Program-made: the position numbers and the translations under genes
Notes under the pieces: model-generated
Databases searched by the model: none
Seen by the model: only the letters and a program-made list of their open reading frames with translations
Told to the model about the DNA's origin: nothing
Assembly: GCA_041586955.1 (NCBI GenBank)
Contig: JBFGZE010000036.1
Span: 1 to 29,051 of the forward strand
From: Bacteriovoracaceae bacterium
GTDB taxonomy: Bacteria > Bdellovibrionota > Bacteriovoracia > Bacteriovoracales > Bacteriovoracaceae
Length of the DNA stretch: 29,051 nt
Direction of reading: 5' to 3'
Shown here: piece by piece, positions 26,790 through 29,051 of the stretch
Layout of the letters: every line of letters starts with the position of its first letter
Position numbering within the stretch: position 1 is the first letter of the stretch

Positions 26790-26854
26790 GTTGATGGTTA
26801 AACAAATCACTCGTTGCTATTACCAGAATGGAGAATAGACCATCAACCGAGTGA
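26790..26854 (-). promoter_or_regulatory. Structured rpsB 5' leader; putative S2 autoregulatory RNA
   Basis: UCACUCG/CGAGUGA and GUUGAUGGU/ACCAUCAAC helices in crossed order, plus an inner CUAUU..CCA-UUC-UGG..AAUAG hairpin, directly 5' of the RBS. Confidence 0.65.
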
Positions 26855-26873
26855 ATGTTGATTATAATGTGCT

Positions 26874-26902
26874 TAGATAGCACAGCGTACTAACTGCGGC
26901 AA
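26874..26902 (-). promoter_or_regulatory. Candidate rpsB promoter
   Basis: TTGCCG-N17-TATCTA with a TGTG extended -10 element; an alternative TATAAT lies at 26861-26866. Confidence 0.4.
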
Positions 26903-26927
26903 GATAATTGCGTATCTTTTTCAGTGG

Positions 26928-29051
26928 TTATAAGTGATCTGACGTTAATAATACGTCACGTCTCTTTGATCCCTTTGCGGCACCGACAACACCTTTATTT
27001 TCCATCTCGTCAATTAAATTGGCGGCCCGATTATAACCAATCTTTAATCGTCTCTGGAGCATAGAGGCACTTGCTGTGCGGTGCTCCACAACTGTTTTGA
27101 CGGCCTCGTCGTATAAGTCATCTGAACTATTTGAACTTCCCTTACCAGGTAAATGAGAGCCTACAGCATAAGGATCATTGCTGACTTCTCCCCCATTTTC
27201 AAGAAAGTCAATGGCGGCTTCATTAAAGTCTTGACCCATTTCTGATAATTTCTCTGTCAGGGCCTCAATTTCCACTTCTTCAACAAATGAAGAATGGACC
27301 CTCGTATTGGATGTGCCATATTTATACAACATATCACCCTTTCCAAGAAGCTTTTCAGCACCCTGCATATCCAAAATTGTTCTTGAGTCAGTAGAGGAAG
27401 TCACGCGAAATGACACCCGTGTTGGAAAGTTAGACTTAATAACCCCTGTGATCACATCCACAGAAGGTCGTTGAGTTGCAAGTACCAAATGAATTCCGGC
27501 GGCACGCGCCTTTGCTGCTAAGCGACTAATATTGACCTCAATCTCCTTACCTGCCTTCGTCAAAATGAGATCAGCAAATTCGTCTATAATTATAAGAAGA
27601 TAGGGTAATTCATAATTTTCATCATCATAATGCTGGTGTATATTGGCAATCATATCTGGAGTAGCAGTTTCTAGTTTCTTGTTAAAGCCACGGATATCTC
27701 TCACCCCAAATTCTTTTAAAATTGAGTAGCGGCGATCCATTTCCTGACTTGCCCATAAAAGAGCAATGGAGGCAGACTTAGCGTCTGTAATAACTGGTAG
27801 TGCAAGGTGGGGTAATTTTGAATAAAGCGCCAATTCCAACTGCTTAGGGTCAATTAAAATCAGCTTCATTTGTGCTGGTGATTTTCGAATGAGAAGAGAT
27901 ACGAGAAGTGTATTAATAAAAACTGACTTACCAGCGCCAGTTGAACCGGCGACTAACATATGGGGCATAGAGGCCAAGTCGACAACAAAAGTTTCACCGA
28001 AAGCGTTCTTACCCATGGCAATAGGTAAATTATAAGAATTATTCTTAAACTCATCACTATTTAGGACTTCATCAAGATAAATAATATCCCTAGGATTTCT
28101 TGGAACCTCTATTCCGAGAGTCGAGCGCCCCACCATTGGATAAATGATACGAATCTGGGCACCCAAAAGCGCCATACTTAAGTCTTTTTCTGCGGAGGTA
28201 ATCTTGGTAATTTTAACACCTGTTCCTAAATCTAATTCAAAGGTGTCAACTACAGGTCCTTTAAGAATATTGATAATTTTAGCATCGATTTTGAATTCTG
28301 CGAGTTTCGCTTCAATTCTGTTAATAATCTCTTCGAAATAAACATTATCAGGGTTTGTATTGCAGGTCTTATGATCCTTAGGCTTAAAAGTTGTCACTAA
28401 GTCAAAATACTGATCGGTATTGAGCTGCATGTTTTTTGAGGTCTTATTCATAGAGTCCCCGGAGGTCGTGCTTTTTCTTTCCTCGCTAGAAGGAGCTTGC
28501 TTTGGTAAGGCGGCCCTAGTTGTGGATAAGATTCCCTCCTTAAAAGGGGAGCTTTTATGAATTAGGTCAGAATTAGACCCTGAAGCCCCCGAAGATTCTC
28601 TTTTTAAAAGTGCGGGTACCCGAGATTCAACTTGCTCTATTAATCTAGGTTTAGACTTGAGGTTTTTTAGGCCTTTCGCAGAGCTAACAATATTTTTGGT
28701 GCCTGATTCGACCAGGCCTAGACTCTGAATAATCTTGTCTTTAAAAGAACCTCGAAAAGTACAAGCTAAAAAACTAATAATGCAAACCACCAATGAGGTT
28801 ATCGCCAATGGAAAAGTTAGGTGCTCCTGAAGAGTATAAAGGAAGCCCTTCCCAATAAATTCAGGAAGTAGAATGTAACAGCTTAAAACTGTCACAAGTG
28901 AAACGAGAACAACGTTTAAGAGGTCAAAATAATAATACCTTTTTGAGAAGCACAACGTATAAAAAAGGCAATAAACAAAAAATGAAATTAAAGGCCAAGG
29001 GCCAATATAATAAGCGCCCCATGCAATTAACGAGCTAAATGTATAGCTGAT
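26928..29051 (-). CDS. ftsK: DNA translocase FtsK (5'-truncated by the window edge)
   Basis: GPVVDTFEL, PHMLVAGSTGAGKS (Walker A), IIDEFADL, ATQRPSVDVITG and gamma domain SASMLQRRLKIGYNRAA; the frame is open to the window end with hydrophobic residues. Confidence 0.97.
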   Translation of the reverse strand: MSYTFSSLIAWGAYYIGPWPLISFFVYCLFYTLCFSKRYYYFDLLNVVLVSLVTVLSCYILLPEFIGKGFLYTLQEHLTFPLAITSLVVCIISFLACTFRGSFKDKIIQSLGLVESGTKNIVSSAKGLKNLKSKPRLIEQVESRVPALLKRESSGASGSNSDLIHKSSPFKEGILSTTRAALPKQAPSSEERKSTTSGDSMNKTSKNMQLNTDQYFDLVTTFKPKDHKTCNTNPDNVYFEEIINRIEAKLAEFKIDAKIINILKGPVVDTFELDLGTGVKITKITSAEKDLSMALLGAQIRIIYPMVGRSTLGIEVPRNPRDIIYLDEVLNSDEFKNNSYNLPIAMGKNAFGETFVVDLASMPHMLVAGSTGAGKSVFINTLLVSLLIRKSPAQMKLILIDPKQLELALYSKLPHLALPVITDAKSASIALLWASQEMDRRYSILKEFGVRDIRGFNKKLETATPDMIANIHQHYDDENYELPYLLIIIDEFADLILTKAGKEIEVNISRLAAKARAAGIHLVLATQRPSVDVITGVIKSNFPTRVSFRVTSSTDSRTILDMQGAEKLLGKGDMLYKYGTSNTRVHSSFVEEVEIEALTEKLSEMGQDFNEAAIDFLENGGEVSNDPYAVGSHLPGKGSSNSSDDLYDEAVKTVVEHRTASASMLQRRLKIGYNRAANLIDEMENKGVVGAAKGSKRRDVLLTSDHL

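Noticed and set aside
1027..28341. Many short (60-141 aa) alternative-frame or antisense ORFs in the ORF track, e.g. 1027-1323, 13589-14014, 25581-25904
   Set aside because: They lie within or mostly overlap well-supported genes and have no recognizable motifs; they are shadow ORFs.
1..29051. CRISPR arrays, rRNA, IS elements, defence systems
   Set aside because: No regularly spaced repeats, no intergenic gap longer than about 155 bp, and no nuclease or transposase motifs seen.

Overview
This is an AT-rich, densely coded bacterial chromosomal segment. Gene content and order suggest Bdellovibrionota, probably Bacteriovoracales/Halobacteriovoraceae-like; this is an inference and was not searched. 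It has four blocks. (1) 5'-truncated valS. (2) A ~7.5 kb signalling/envelope cluster: a CheY-like receiver, a divergent membrane-bound HAMP-PAS-HPt-HATPase kinase (CheA-like, no CheW domain), a FecR+Ig/FN3-repeat protein, a LysM+beta-barrel protein, a 2xLysM lipoprotein and a second CheY-like receiver, with two sigma28-like promoter motifs. (3) EI24/CysZ-like and DUF309 genes, divergent from an aromatic amino-acid catabolism operon (HisC-like aminotransferase, fumarylacetoacetate hydrolase, hmgA, flavin reductase-like). (4) A minus-strand housekeeping run: ftsK (5'-truncated), rpsB, tsf, pyrH, frr, uppS, cdsA, rseP, tsaB, psd-like, pssA, a putative OM barrel, truA, tig. No rRNA, tRNA, CRISPR array or mobile element was seen. 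The best candidates for novelty are the putative trans-envelope FecR/LysM/CheA-like-CheY system, a Psd homolog lacking its self-cleavage serine, and a pseudoknot/switch-like rpsB leader. All domain calls are from motif recognition by eye; no database searches were run.
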